A stretch of 64,000 bases of DNA from contig MU058645.1 of the NCBI GenBank assembly GCA_013265495.1, positions 186,001-250,000 on the forward strand, written 5' to 3'. A program made the translations under genes and the position numbers. Positions 14,578-27,894 of the stretch are shown one piece after another. Below the pieces are notes generated by a model. It was not told the origin of the DNA and searched no databases. It was given only the letters and a program-made list of their open reading frames with translations. This DNA comes from Vicugna vicugna (Eukaryota). Positions within the stretch are counted from its first letter, which is position 1. Every line of letters begins with the position of its first letter.

Positions 14578-15374
14578 ATATATATCCCTATTGAAAAGGA
14601 AACAATGTCCCTCTTCAGGCCACTTTCCCATCCTGGAACCTAAAATGCTGGTGAACCAGAAGCTGGACACTGAGATCAAGCAGGTGGCAGGTGCAGCTCT
14701 TGGGGGATTCCCTACGAAGTGTTCACATGGTTTGGAGGAGAAATGGCCGATCGCCTTTGCTCACCCTTCCTCACCAAGAGGGAAGAGGAAGTGATGTGGA
14801 AGAAGGTCTGCTTGAGACACACACCTGCCCATTTCCCTGAGCCCACTTGCTCCTCGTTCATCATTCTGTGGTGATTGAGGATGGCTGTGTCTTAAACCTC
14901 CCCGACCACAAAAAGATACCCCCACCCATGCTGGCCTGATTCTTGGCCTCTGAGATCAGGGCAGGGATGTGGACCTCTTGTTCCTTCCTGAAGTAGGCTG
15001 GCTTTCCCACGAGCGAGGGGTCTGCTTGAACTTCAGGGGACATGAGGCCACTCTGGGAAGACGCTCTGGCAGAAATGACACTTCCTGGCTCGGGGTGGAT
15101 CTTCCCTTGAATGATGAGCATGATGAACTGGGGATCCACAGGCGTGATTCTGGTCTACTTTTGATGTGTGGATCAGCCTATTCCTTTTGGCACCTCTCAC
15201 CCTCTGTACAGAACACCCGATTAGACTTTGTAACAGAATTTGATTTCCTGCCCTCGGAGACTTCTTAAAAGTCAAGCCCACCTTCTCAGCTTCCTTCAGA
15301 GTATGGTAGACCCTCAAGGCAGCTTACTCTGGTGCACAAAGATGTCTACTTAGGGGCTGACTGTGGCACATGCA

Positions 15375-15759
15375 AAAGTATTTTCAACTAAAACAAATTT
15401 GTTAGGCTTACACTACCTCATTTCAAGACCTAATATAAAGCCATAATAATGAAGAAAGTGTGGTCTTGGTATAAAGATACACATACTGGTTTATAGAATA
15501 GCTTCTTAAATACAGAAATAGTCCCACACATACATAACACAATTTTGGTTAATATGTTTTTGCCAAAAGTATTAAGGCAACTCAGTAGTGGGTTTTTAAC
15601 ATTTTTTAGTTTGTTTTTTTAACAAATGCTGTTGCAGCAATTAGATACTCATACGGGGAGAAAATAAATGGATCTTAACCCTTACCTCATGCCATATATT
15701 TATCTTGAAATGGATCACAGATTTTTTTCTTAAGACGGCTAAAACCATATAAATTCTAG
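15375..15759 (+). mobile_element. L1 ORF2 fragment
   Basis: ggcttacactacctcatttcaagacctaatataaagcc...cttaacccttacctcatgccata...aaatggatcacagat. Confidence 0.85.
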
Positions 15760-17635
15760 CCACTTTGGGTCAACTTGACTGCGATGCGGCTCGTGTTGTG
15801 TTAGTTTTGTTTACTGTGCTTGGATCTGTCTGCCTTTTTGTATCTCTGGTTTTATAGTTTTCATCAAAATTGGAACCTTTTCAGCCATTGTTCTTTCAAA
15901 TAATTTTTCTGCTCCTTCTTCTCTCCTTTCTTCTAAAGAGCACCTTACACCCCTTCGTGTTGTCCTGCACGTCTCTGAGGATCTGGTTATTTCAGTCTTT
16001 TTTCTTAGTGTCCTTTATTTTGGATAATTTTGATTACTATGTCTTCAAATCCACTATTTTTTTCTCTACAGCTTCTAGTATTCTATTAAATCAATTTAGT
16101 GAAAATTTCTTTTCAAATATTATATTTTTTCTCCCTACAAGTTCCACTTGTTTGTTTCTTATATCGTTCATTTCTCTCATTTAAGAACTTGAATGTAGCT
16201 GTAATTGGCTATGATCGCTGCTTTCAAGTACTTGTCTCTCATTATATTGTCTCTGAAAATTCTGGGCCCCCATTATCTGATATTTTCTGTTTATGGGTCA
16301 CATTTTTCTATTTCTTTGCATATCAAAGTATTTTTATAGATTCTGGATATTCTAAGTGTTATAATTTTGAATGTTTGCATTTTTGTTGTCTTCCTTCAAA
16401 TTGTGCTGTAGTTTGAGTGGACAGGCAATTAAGTTACTTTCTTTAATAGAAGGTTTATTTTTACACTTTGTTAGATTAAGTCTTGATTAGGTTTTCTTCT
16501 AGGGATGTGCAGCCCGACTACTAGCGGGGGCCTAGGCGGGCTCTGCTGAACGCTCTGCCTGGGGAGCAGGGCCCCTGCTCTGGCTGGCAGGACCTCAAAC
16601 ATCGCTGAGACCCTGTGTACGCCCTGGGACTTACTCAGCCTGTAACGTCCTGACAGTTGCTCTTCGCCTGGAGTTTTTAGAGTTCTGCCCTAGCTGTGCA
16701 CAGTTTAACAACCTGTCGCAGCTCTGAGGCGAAGCCTGTGCAGATTTCCAAAGCCCTTTCTCGGTGCAACGTCCTCCTCTCAGGGGGTCAGACCAGGTGT
16801 TCCAGCTGCTTCGTCTCCCCAGCTCCTCTCTGTCTTCGCGCAAGTGGGATGCCCCCTCGTTTGTCTCCTTGGTCTCAGTGACTGAGTCCTGTGCTGCCTG
16901 CTGCCCACGGCTGGTTCAGAGCATCTGCTTATTTCAGTCTTTCATCCCGTGTGAAGGTACCACAAACATAGGGCCAGATTCTCTTTATAGCAGGAAGCAG
17001 AAGTCTGAAGCTTAAACCTCTCCAAGGTGCTTCTCATGCTTTGATAAGGCATTTCCAGACTGGCTGTTACATTAGAGCTGGTGGCATCTGATACAACGGG
17101 ATCACCTTCCTGGGTGTCTGCAGAGTGTCGGGGTGCTCCGTGAGGCCCCCCACCCTGGCGGATGGGAACTCAGACATCTAAGGTCCCCATGTGATTCCTG
17201 ATCTGCTTCCCCGTCAGCTCTGGGATAGTGCTCCTTAGCTGGCCTCACGAGCTCCACCTGCGAGTGCACATCTCAGTGTTCAGCCAAGGCTTTACAGGGC
17301 CGCTGGGCAGACCCCGGGGCGCTTCCTCTGTGCCGCATCCTCCTCTCTAGAACTCTGTCCCACAGATTCTAGCCATCAAAGCTTCCGTAAACAGTCTCCC
17401 CAAGTCAGGGAAAGCTCCAGGCTGTGTCTTGCTGACTGGTCCCCGCAGCGCCATCTTACAGCTCTCCCAGCAGGAAGCCAGGGTGGTGATCGAGCTGCCC
17501 TCACTGCTTTCCTTTTTCTCAAGGTTGAGTCCTTTGCCATCTGTGGTCCAATATCTGAAGTGGTTGTTCTGTATATTTTGTCCAGTTTTCTAGCTGTTTA
17601 TGACCATCCAGATACCAGTTATCCTGTCATGACAT
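15760..17635 (-). mobile_element. Old L1 ORF1 and 5' UTR region
   Basis: gttttcatcaaaattggaaccttttcagccattgttctttcaaataatttttctgc (antisense ORF1) followed by GC-richer 5' UTR-like blocks. Confidence 0.75.
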
Positions 17636-17744
17636 GTCCATATTTGTGATATCTACATTGATTCTTTTCTTCTACTATGGGCTTTGCAATTATAATGAAC
17701 ATTTCCTGAGCACGTACTCCTTGTGCACTTGGCGTAGAAATCGG

Positions 17745-17890
17745 GCATTCGTATTTTATTGATAAAGAACTGAGGCAAAAATAGTTTGGTTAACATGCGT
17801 TAGGTCATAGAGCTAATAAGCTTTTGAGCCAGGATTCCAATGTGTGACGGTCTAACCCCGAAACAAGCTTGTTGTTAACATCTGTGATAT
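17745..17890 (-). mobile_element. MIR SINE
   Basis: gataaagaactgaggcaaaa...ggttaacatgcgttaggtcatagagctaataag...gagccaggattc. Confidence 0.75.
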
Positions 17891-18319
17891 GATAAGCTAA
17901 GACAGAGCAGCACGTTATGCAAATCACTTACCAGGCAAAGTTCCAAAAAAGTGCAATTTCACAAAGACAACTTTGCAAACTGAAAAGTGTTATGGAATTA
18001 CAAAGAATGGTGGTGATCTTGAGGCAGCGATGGCTTGTGAAAGAGGCATATACTTATCACACAGTCTGAGACATATTTACATATAAAGAAGCATTTTCTA
18101 ATCTAGAGTATTGTCCAGTGAGTTCATTTATTTGCCATTGTTCATTTAGTACCTACTGTGGGAGGCTGAGGAGAGAAAGAGCAAATAAAACATACGTCCC
18201 TGCTGTGGAAGAGGGTGACAACTCACAGCAGTGTTACTTCGTCTCACTTTGAATTTATCACCATGATTCCCAAGTGGGTCTTTCTCATTGCCAGGCAATC
18301 CTATAAAGTTATATAAACT

Positions 18320-20010
18320 ACATTCCTACTCCAAGACGTCTGTTTTACATCTTCTCTTTCCCTCTCAACTGTCCAGCATCCATTAGCTCATGACACCTCA
18401 TCTCATTTTACTTAGAAAACAGCAGCCACAGGAAAGTCAAGAGCCCGTCTCCCTCAGCACTGAGCGGCTCCACTGTCTCTTGTTCAAATGGACCGACTAC
18501 TCAGCTGCATTTCCAGGGATCCTATGCTTGCTCTGGGTTCCCCTCTTCTCACTGTCCCTAGCACTCTGTTTGGGAAAATATCCCTTCTCCCTTCTGTGCC
18601 ATTATTCTGTCCCTCTGTGCCAGATCACGTTTGGTGAACACACATGTCCTTCCTGAAGAAACCAATACACACGCATGTATACATGCGGACGTTTCACTCT
18701 CATCACGTGCTTCACTTCCTCTTCCTGGTCCTCTTCGGAGCACAGCTCCTTAGCAAGGTTCCTTCCAAGCCCTGCGTCCACGTCCTCAGCTCTCTTCACC
18801 CGCCCCCCAGGCTGTCAGCTCTCCTGCTCTAGGAACCTGCTTGTGCCAAAGGCACCAATACCATGCAAGCTTCCACACCCAGTCAGCAATTTGTGCCATC
18901 TCTTCATTACTCACTTTTTCTTGAAACACTTTATCGACGGGCATGCTTCCCGGTCACCAAAATCATGGTTTTCCTTCCCTTCTCTTTATTCTTAGTCTTA
19001 TTTATTGGATTACCCTCTTCCTGGCTTCTGAATGTGAAGTTGCTTGACCTTTCTCTATTTTGTATGCAGAATTACTGCCTAGAATAAGTGTCAAGTTTAC
19101 ATTTCCAGCTCAACCTCCACTACGTCTCAAGTTATTCAGCCCAAGGCTCCCCTTTCTGATGGTCTGTAGGCCAGTCCAAGACAACTCGTCCACAAAAGAA
19201 TTCTTCCTTGCACCATCCTTTCCTCCATCTTCTTCCTCATCTCAAAAATGCCCCAAACATTTATCTAACTGCTAACGTCCAAAACCTAGACGTCACACCT
19301 CATTTGCTATCAATCATCACGTGTCATCAACTCTTCCTTCAAATCATTCCCTGACTCTGATCATATCCTGCCAATCTCATTATTGTCACTTTACTGCAGG
19401 TCACCTCGATTCTCAACTCAGCAATTTCTCTTTTTGTTTCCAATTCTGATTTTCCAAATATCTGTTCTTCATGCAGGACACAAAGTAATCTTTCCAAAAA
19501 TTAAACCAGGCCACGTTTCTTCACTGATGAAAAAAATACTTCTCTCACGTATAAAATGAAATGCAGACTCCCCGGGTTCCTGGCCCTTGTCCACACTCTG
19601 ATGTCGTCTGCCACGACACTCGTCAGAGCGAGTTTCTCCAGCCTGCTGCAGCAGCCTTGCTCGGAAGTTGCCGAGGCTGTCCGTGCATTAGGGCTTTGGC
19701 GTTGGCCCGTCTCCCCACCCCGAAAACACTTTCCAAAATATTGTCATGGTTTCTGCTTTGCTCTTTTAGCAATCTGACCTAACTGGTTCCCCAACGCAGG
19801 GTTTCTGATCATTTAGTTAAAGCATCCCCATGTCCACACTTGCCCCCTTCTATCCCAGGGCCTTGTTTTGTATTTTCTTAGTAAATATCGCTACATGAAA
19901 TTACATTGTGTATGTGTTTGTTTAATTTTTTACTGTTTCAATTCTATGAGGAAAAGAACACGGTTTCTTTGACTGCTGTTTAGAATCTGTTGTCACCAGC
20001 CCTGAGGACT
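18320..20010 (+). mobile_element. L2 LINE fragment
   Basis: Long pyrimidine-rich L2-like sequence (ccaaaacctagacgtcacacctc; caatcatcacgtgtcatcaactc; aagtaatctttccaaaaattaaacc). Confidence 0.7.
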
Positions 20011-20329
20011 GGACTCTATGTCTCATCTTGACAATCTTCTTAGCGCTGGAACTGCTACTTTCAGTCCTGCCAACTCTGCCTTCTGCAGAAGTTTCTACTG
20101 CCCCATCGGCATCACCAGAAGGCTCCTCGCCACTCCCGTCCCTTTCAGTCACTGGCTCTGAAGGCTAGTGTGGCACCTGCTGGCTGTGCTCGTGCTGGTT
20201 GAAAAGAAGCCTGGAAAGCAAGTTTCTGAAGGTTTTAGGCTCTTTGGAGAAAGACACTCTCTGCCTCCTGCCACATCAGAGGACGGCTCAGATGCTCACC
20301 TGCCAACGTGTGGCAAAACCCCACGAAGG

Positions 20330-21800
20330 CAGCCAATGGGAGAATCCTGAACTTGTGTCACAAATAACTTAGAGGAAGAGAAAATGAGGCTGGAGAGAGC
20401 GCTGCCAATGAAGACAGAGAGAAGAAAGAGTCTTAAAAACTGTGAGAAGCAATTAATTTCAAACACTATAAACAGAATGAGTAGCATAAGAACCAAGAGT
20501 TCACTGAATTAAGGTGTCTGACCAATCACGATCCAGATAATGACGGTTGCCGTGGAGTGCCGAAGCAGACTCCAGGTCGCAGGGTTACACAGAGGAAATG
20601 CAGGAAGGAAGTGCTGGTTTTTATTTATAAAGCTTCCCTGAGGAGAGAGAGGAAAAGGCCACTAACTAGAGGAAGGAGGAGGAGAGTCCGCAGAAGCTTT
20701 CTGTTTCATGACGGGAGGGACATGGCTGTTTATTTAAGGTGGGGGACGGGGTAAGAGCCCACAGAGATGGGTTGTAGGTTCTGGGGAGAAGCTACCACAG
20801 TAGCTAACGTTTTAGTGAGCTCCCAGAGGAATCATGAGGGGCTCATTTTAAACACATGGAAAGATTATCTCATGCCTAGAAGAAATTGCACCTTCCACTG
20901 AAACTAGAGGAAAGAGAAGAAAAACAGATTTCAATAGAATCTGGATAGAGGCAGGTTTTTGAAGTGATAGGGGAGGAAAATGGAGTGCAATGTTTTCACC
21001 TCCTCCACCTCTGGCTTATTCTGTCTGAGGTAGGAGACAATCCTTTCTGAGAGTTTTAGGAGAGATAGAAATAAGCAACTAGGAACACATCAAAGAAGAG
21101 CAATGCAGTTTTAAGAAATCACCAGAGACTGAAGACTATGAGTCCACAGTGGTTCCATTCTGTGATTTTTCATTGTTATGCAGCCTTGTTATAGGAGAGG
21201 AAAGAGGGATTTTTTTTTTGATAGATACCAGGCTGGGATGCTGATGGACATAGATAACACAGGATAAGAGGTTATCAGAAATAAAAAAATACTGAATTGG
21301 TTTAAGTGCTTGACCCTGATGTCTAATCGATCAGGAATTAGGAATGGAGGTGAAGCCAGAAGGTGAATCAAGACGGCAGAAGGGAGAGACTGGAAATTGC
21401 CACGATGAGGAAGAAGAGTGGGAACCTGGCAGTGGGGTGAGAGGGCTGTCAGAGGGCAGCACAGACCTGGAGGGAGACACTGAAGCTCCTGCAGGCAAAG
21501 ACTTCAGAGAGGCTGTCATTCTGGGTTATGTGATGGTCAAGAATATGGTCACACAATCAGGGACCAAAGTCAAATGATGGTTCACAATTTAGAAGGTTGG
21601 GTGTGTTTATTTATTTGCTTTTCTTTTGTGTGTTTATATATCAAATGGTGTCCAATGGGCGGAGTTCAAAGGGTTGGAGGAAGTAAGATATGAGAAGTTG
21701 AAACATGAAGGAAAAGCCCAGAGAAGCGTAGAAATGGAAAAAAATGAAACATGGGAGAGGAGAGTTGACCAGGAACTGTGTTTTACTGAACCCCCATCGT
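20330..21800 (-). mobile_element. L2 LINE fragment (antisense, purine-rich)
   Basis: GA-rich tract with antisense L2 ORF2 motifs (gttgccgtggagtgccgaagcagac...; ttccactgaaactagagg). Confidence 0.6.
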
Positions 21801-22028
21801 GATACGAGAAGAGGAACGGTAAGATTAACTGCCTTCTAGGTTCCAAGTAAAGAGTCGGTGAAAATAATTTTAATATTAGTATTAACTGTTTCCTGTGATC
21901 TTTGAAACTTGAAGGTCATTCCTCATTTTCCAAAAAAAAAAAAATAATAAAATTTGTATGAGCATGAGGGAAACTTTCAGTAGCTTCAAAAGTGATGAAA
22001 CAGTGGCTTTCCAGATGTATCACCTTAC

Positions 22029-22339
22029 TTTGGAAACAGAGTCTACCACAGTAGGTGATAATATTCTTCAAGGAGCGGGCCACGAGCTGAGTTGGCCATG
22101 CCAGTTCTGGTCTGGGAGATTTAACGACTTTGTAAGATCTTCACTTTGAGAGGTGGCTGTAGGGGGGAGGACGATTGTTTCTCGTCTTCCCCGTGGAACC
22201 GAGCATGCTGTCCACACACAGTGCTGAATCCCCCACCACCGAACTGTGTACACTTGTACTTACCTTCCTTGCCATCGCTGCTTGAGAACTTGCGAGATTT
22301 TGCAGGTTAGTTACCAGTTAAGAACGGATGCCCTTGAGT
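22029..22339 (-). ncRNA. Candidate spliced non-coding transcript: exons 22264-22339 and 22029-22156
   Basis: Minus strand: ctttatttcag|ACTC...GGAAG|gtaagt, a 107-nt intron ending cctcccccctacag, then ...CCAAA|gtaagg; no long ORF; just downstream of a CpG island. Confidence 0.45.
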
Positions 22340-22839
22340 CTGAAATAAAGGTTCTAAAACTTTATAAACTTCCTTACATAACAAAGATTGACATTCACAG
22401 TGATATTACTAATTCATCTAATATTTAAAAATTCAGATGTCAAATATATTTGTTTAAAAGACGCTGAAATATATTATTGAAATATAGGCAAACATCTTTT
22501 TTTCCCAAGATTTGTTCTTTATCATCAGATTTTTCCCTGTGAAACTTAAAGAATACACTTAACGTTGTTTAAAAAATTTAAAAACAGAGTGTAGTTGAAG
22601 CCATAATAATGTACTAGTCCGATATAGATATTACAGTGAAGTAATATTTCAATCAAATCTGTGCCCAGGAGAAGAACGTGGAGTATGAATAAGCAGATGT
22701 TACCCAAGGCGGGTATTTTCCTTCCAACATGCAAGTTACAGAAACACGCAGAGTCTGAGAAATGGAACCGCATTGGATTCCTATTAAAAGGTAATTGTAA
22801 ATGATTCGGAGGACATTATTCGAAAGAACAAGAATCAGC

Positions 22840-23230
22840 GGGTGCGTCTGAGCATTGGCACTGCCCGGGAGATACAAGGTGCCTTTCGGTGTCTTTCAGG
22901 CTGTTGTAGCGAAGCGCCGCGGCCCGGGTCGCCTGCCCGCAGCGGCAGTCGCCTTCTCAGGGTTTCGGAGCCCTGGGTGGCGGGCAGGCTGCAGGCGGGC
23001 CCTGTGGAGGGGCCGCAGCCGTTGGCGGAGCCGCGGGCCCGGGCAGCTGCGGGAAGGCCTCGTGAGGTCTGGTTTCCCCGCTCGCTCAGGGGTCGCTCGG
23101 GGATCGCGCCGGGGCTCCGGCCGGACGGGCTCCGGCTGATCCCGCGCACCCGCCGCGCGCGCGGCACACGGGACCCGCCCCCCACCCCCGGCCCCCGCTG
23201 TCTCTCCGGCGCCCTCTACGGGCACCCAGC
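22840..23230. promoter_or_regulatory. CpG island
   Basis: Very GC-rich with undepleted CpG (cccgcgcacccgccgcgcgcgcggcacacgg) against an AT-rich, CpG-depleted background. Confidence 0.9.
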
Positions 23231-24099
23231 TCGCTTTGAAGGAGAAATTCCGGCAGGAATTTTAAGGATCACAGACCATCCATGGAAGCCGAGAGGCAAT
23301 GCGCTGGTAGCGCACACGCTCACTGCAGGCAAAACCTCCATGACAACTCATGTCTTCGCTACTGATCACTTTAGTTATAGGATTACCGTTTACTTTCACG
23401 AAGGATAATCTTCCTACCAAAGGAACCCCAATAGAAATCCTTGTAAAGGCAAGCTAACCGATTTGATCAGAAATGGAAGTTGGTTCACAGAAACCTGGAT
23501 CATGCACGTGGCTTCTGGAACTGCCATTGCCGAGAGCACTTGGCGAAAACGTCCCGTGTCTCTTCCTTATACGCAGCAAAATAGGGGCGATGAGGTCCCA
23601 TCCGCTTGTCTGTGTCGCGGTTTGGCGAGTCAGACGAGCCCGGATCTGGGCAGTAACTCCGGAAAATAGCTCCGATAATGTTTGCAGCCCCCTTGCTTTG
23701 TGAACCTGGTTTATCACTGATAAGCACACTTCGCTTTTCAAAGAGGAGTCAGAAGAAAACGTCTCTTGTACGAAGCCTTCTGTGACGGCAGTGAGGAGTG
23801 GAAGGGTGTATGTTCATATCCTCCTTTCCCCCAAGAAAAGGATTTTGAGTTATTTAATGCAGAATATCGAACTTCCAATTAAAAATGAGAATTCGGTTGA
23901 ACTGCGGTGGCAATGCATCAAAGCGCCAGTGTTTTGAGAAAAACGGAGTCTAACCCTCTGCTTCACTGCTTTTCTCTTTGATAATGTTAGGACCCTGGCC
24001 ACAGGCAAATAAAAAGCACAGGTACCAAGGGGCCAAGGAGCTGCTGCTGTGATTAAAGCCCTGTGGTAACTACCGCAGCTTCTCAGCAGAGGAGCTTAA

Positions 24100-24480
24100 A
24101 ACCCAGTTTAGGACGAAAGGCACAGTCCCCAGGCCACCGTCGGCACGGGGAGCGTGCACCGCAGCAAAGAAAGGAGGCGGGGACGGGGCGCCAGCTCCGG
24201 GCGGTCAGCGAGGGGCTGTGTCGGCTGGTGAGACGGAGGACGGGGGCGCAGAGGAAACGCCGAAGTCCACTCGGGCTCTCCCGGGGAGCGCGCACCGCGG
24301 GAGGAGGGCCCGTCCGGCGACGCCTGTTAAGCCGAAATGCTTGCCGCTTGCTGCTGACGTCGGAGCCTCCAGTTTCTGCAGTTAATAGTTATCTGAGGTC
24401 TAGGGCCCAGGCCGGTGCTGAGAGGCGCGGGGAGGACTGGAAGTAAAACCAGCCCCAAGCTGTGCCCCGCCCTCGGTGTA
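24100..24480. promoter_or_regulatory. CpG island / candidate promoter with CRE-like site and GC box
   Basis: CpG-rich; TGACGTCG at 24355-24362, CCCCGCCC at 24465-24472, ETS-like GGAAGT near 24439. Confidence 0.75.
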
Positions 24481-24894
24481 TTTCCTGCCTTCGTTTTTAA
24501 TGGAGCTCTTTTTAGAGACAGGTTATTCTTCTAAACGTGGTTCCTACTGAGACACTTCAAATCAGGTCCTGTGACGCTGTCAGACAGGTGCCCCCGATAC
24601 ACAAGCGGGACGCGGGGGGAGCCCAGATGACTGAGCCTGACAGGTGGATCAAAGGTTTTACTAGTGAAACTTCAGTGAGATCATCCACCGAAGTCCGGCC
24701 AGCTGGCCTCCTGCAGTCTCGATGGTATGGATTATACTGCATTTGTGCCACATCATTAAGAAGTAAGGTTTCGTCTTCCTAAGGGACGAAATATTCTCTT
24801 TTAATTGTTGGAATTTCAAGTATTAAAGAGGGAAGTGACAACAAAATCATAAATAGAAATTCAAATACAGAAGTGGCTGCAAACACAAGGAGAA

Positions 24895-25118
24895 TGTGTG
24901 AGTATGTGTGTGTATTGTGTGTCTCTGTGTGTCTGTGTGTGTTGTCTGTGTCTTGTGTGTGTATGTGTGCCTGTGTGTTTCTGAGTGTCTGTGTATTTGG
25001 GTGTATTTATGTGTGTGTCTGTGCATTTGTGTGTGTCTTTGGGTATTGGTTTGGGTGTGCTTGCATGTGTGTTTGTGTCTGTGTGTGTGTTTATGTGTGC
25101 CCGTGTGTGTGTGTGCAC
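24895..25118. repeat. Imperfect (TG)n microsatellite
   Basis: Degenerate TG-dinucleotide array of about 220 bp. Confidence 0.95.
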
Positions 25119-26329
25119 ACTAAAACAAATAGATGATTGTTTCACATTTTGGAATGTGCCCACAAAGAAGCTCTCATCCTTCGAATTCAAACCTACCTTG
25201 TTCCAGTGGGCCTTTGGAGGGGCTCCCAGACGCGCTGTGCCGCCCGGAGATGACCGCTTCCCGGTCCTGCCCTCACCAACAGCAACGCGAGGCCGGGAGA
25301 CGGGATGGAAGCGCCTGGGTCAGAGCCGGGGCGGTGCCTCCCGCCCTGGCTCTGCCACGGCTCCGCGAGAACTTGTCCTGCCACTTAGCTCCTCTGGACT
25401 GTTGTTTGCTCATCTGAAAAACACAGTGTTAGAATCGGAAGACCCGCGTGCCTTTCAGTGCTGACACCGTGCAAACTATTTTTTGGTTTAAAATGAGGAC
25501 AAAAGCAAAGATGCTGTGTTTGTCTCCTAACCTCCAGATTCACCCAACATATCATTATGTTTTCCTCTTTCTTGAGAGAAGAAAACAGAGGACGTACAGT
25601 TTAAGCATTGTTTCAAATCACGCCAAGTGCTGCGGAGACTAATAAGGGAATGGTGAGCGGGCGGTGCTAGTTAACAGCGCGTGGTCAGCGTGTCCGCCTG
25701 CCTCTCTCCTCGCGCCCACACGTGCCTCCTGCATGAGTGGTGGAGAAACAGACACATCTCTGGCGACTTAGTGCCTGTTTTTCATGTTAGACGACATTCA
25801 TATTTGGTATGACAAAAGGAAATATAAAAGAGAGAAAATTACACTCTAATCCATAAAAATTATATTAAAACATGTTACCAAATGTGAAATACCGTACAGT
25901 TCAGGGGGACGAGTTTAGCCTGAGTGAGGAGCGTGCAGTCTATGTATTTCCCGGCATTTGGCTGTATTCTGTAATTTTACTGCATTTTACCACTATGACA
26001 TGTTCAACCCTATATAGTTTTACTTTTCTCCTGGCTATAACATTAAATTATAGCTCATCTTTCCCCATCTAATCTCTACTTCCCTGGAGAGACAGAGTCA
26101 TTCCATGCAGCCCTTGGATTCTGAGGATTCCAAATCACAGTTATTACATCCAGGATTAGAAGCTGCTCTTTCCTGTTAAAAAAGGCAAAGGGTAACACTT
26201 TTTGAGTCATTTTCTTCTTTTGGGGCATATGACGGCTGGGAATTGGAGTTATAGAGCCTAGAAGCTTTTATATTTATACTAAATTTGACTAATATAAAAT
26301 AATGTTAAGCTTTTGCTCATAGTTCTCTA

Positions 26330-26610
26330 ATAAAACAGAAATGATGAAGGTGATCCTAACTTACAGCATCTGCTCGGTGACAAAGTGTGGTAGAAAAGTT
26401 GTGACATCTTATTACGTAATTTTCAACCATTCTGAGATCCGGCAACACTATGAGATGAGTATTTGTACTCTCGTTTTAGAAATGAAATCTAAAGAGATTA
26501 ATGTGTTGCCCAAAGTCTCACAGTTACTCAGCATCAAGGTTAGGATTTCAGTTCAGTTCGAATGGAACTGAAATATCTGGCCTCTTGAGCACTTGTAAAC
26601 TTTTCACATC
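26330..26610 (-). mobile_element. MIR SINE
   Basis: caacactatgagatgagtatttgtactctcgttttagaaatgaaatctaaagagattaatgtgttgcccaaagtctcacagttact. Confidence 0.75.
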
Positions 26611-27649
26611 AGAGCAAAGAGAATCACAGTCAATAAGAACATACAAGAACAGTTTAAATACAGTAATGATTCTTGGAATAGCCACACTGAAATGTGTTTC
26701 CAGCTGCAATGTATGAGAACTTGTAGTTCTTGAAAATGGGCCTTCATTTAATGAACAAACATTTGCATATCTGCAGTTTGACTTAGTTAAGCAAACCTGT
26801 ATTGGACACCTGCTGTGCTCCTGGCAGGTCACCAGAGATTAAACAGCAAAGTCAGTAAGACAGTTTCCACCCTCGGGGAAATGTGGCTCCGTTCGCCATG
26901 ATCTGACAGTCGAGAGTGCTATAAAAGAGACACAAATAAAACACTTCGTAGGCAAAGGAAAGAAGTGCTATGTTCTGACTACAGGGAGGGCGGGCTTTAT
27001 AAATATAACATTTTTATAATGTTTATAAATGTAACATTTGAGCTGAGGCTTAAAGGCTTATGTTCAAAGACCCTCTGGCTTGGCTAATTTCCAGTGTGAT
27101 CTGTTCAAGCCTAAAGAAACAGTGAGATACAGAGGAGACTCCAAACAGCAGTGGTCCCCTGGCCCCACATCCTCCCGAAGCCCCGAGCAGTGCCACGGCC
27201 TGGGACCAGCTGGATGATTCTTCTCCATTTGTTTACTTGGCAAAGTGAGAAATAAATCCACCCTTCTCACAGGAAGTACTGTCACGAGTTCCACACGTGC
27301 TCATCCCTGAGACTGTTAGTAATGCAGCCTTCCTGCAGGCTGCAATGGTCTGGGCATTCAGCTCCTAGCCTGAAAATAGAGATTGGGTCCACTGACTTTC
27401 AAATATTGAGTTTTAAGCCTTGACAATAATCAATATTTGTAGGATAATTTGACACATGAGTTTACCTTCTTTCAGCAGACCTTTTCAGATTCGGATTCTA
27501 GGACACAGCTGTGACCACAAACCTGCTTGCTCAGGACCACACAGGTCTGTGATTCAGACAAGTGACTAGAATATGCAAACTCTGGACTGACTCATTTATG
27601 TGCAATAACAATAATTAATAAATTCAAGCCAGAATCTTGGATCATGTAG

Positions 27650-27885
27650 GATTGCAAGATATGGAATTAGTAAAAGCTGTCAACAGCTCAATTTGAAAAC
27701 GTCTGGAAGATGGGATCTTAGCTATAAATGAAGAATGCATCTTACTGTCAAGAATGCAGGGTGTAATGTTTTCATGGGACTCAAAGATGTTGTATGTTAA
27801 CTGGAATGACAAATTTAGGAAAGAAATCATTTTAAAGAGCAAAGTAAAGCTATCTTCTGGTACAATTACAAAATTAGTTGATTAA
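27650..27885 (+). pseudogene. Pseudo-exon, putative N-terminal region
   Basis: After catgtag: LQDMELVKAVNSSI*KRLEDGILAINEECILLSRMQGVMFSWDSKMLYVNWNDKFRKEIILKSK...; one internal stop in about 77 codons of AT-rich DNA. Confidence 0.45.
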
Positions 27886-27894
27886 AAGAATGCC

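Noticed and set aside
22835..23408. 188-aa and overlapping ORFs (also 24063-24446 and 44149-44585)
   Set aside because: Arg/Pro/Gly/Ala-rich frames open on both strands, as expected for stop-poor CpG islands; no recognisable domain.
27370..27420. EIGSTDFQIL, resembling the remembered RGSL1 N-terminus
   Set aside because: Too short, with no start codon or splice context; probably chance.
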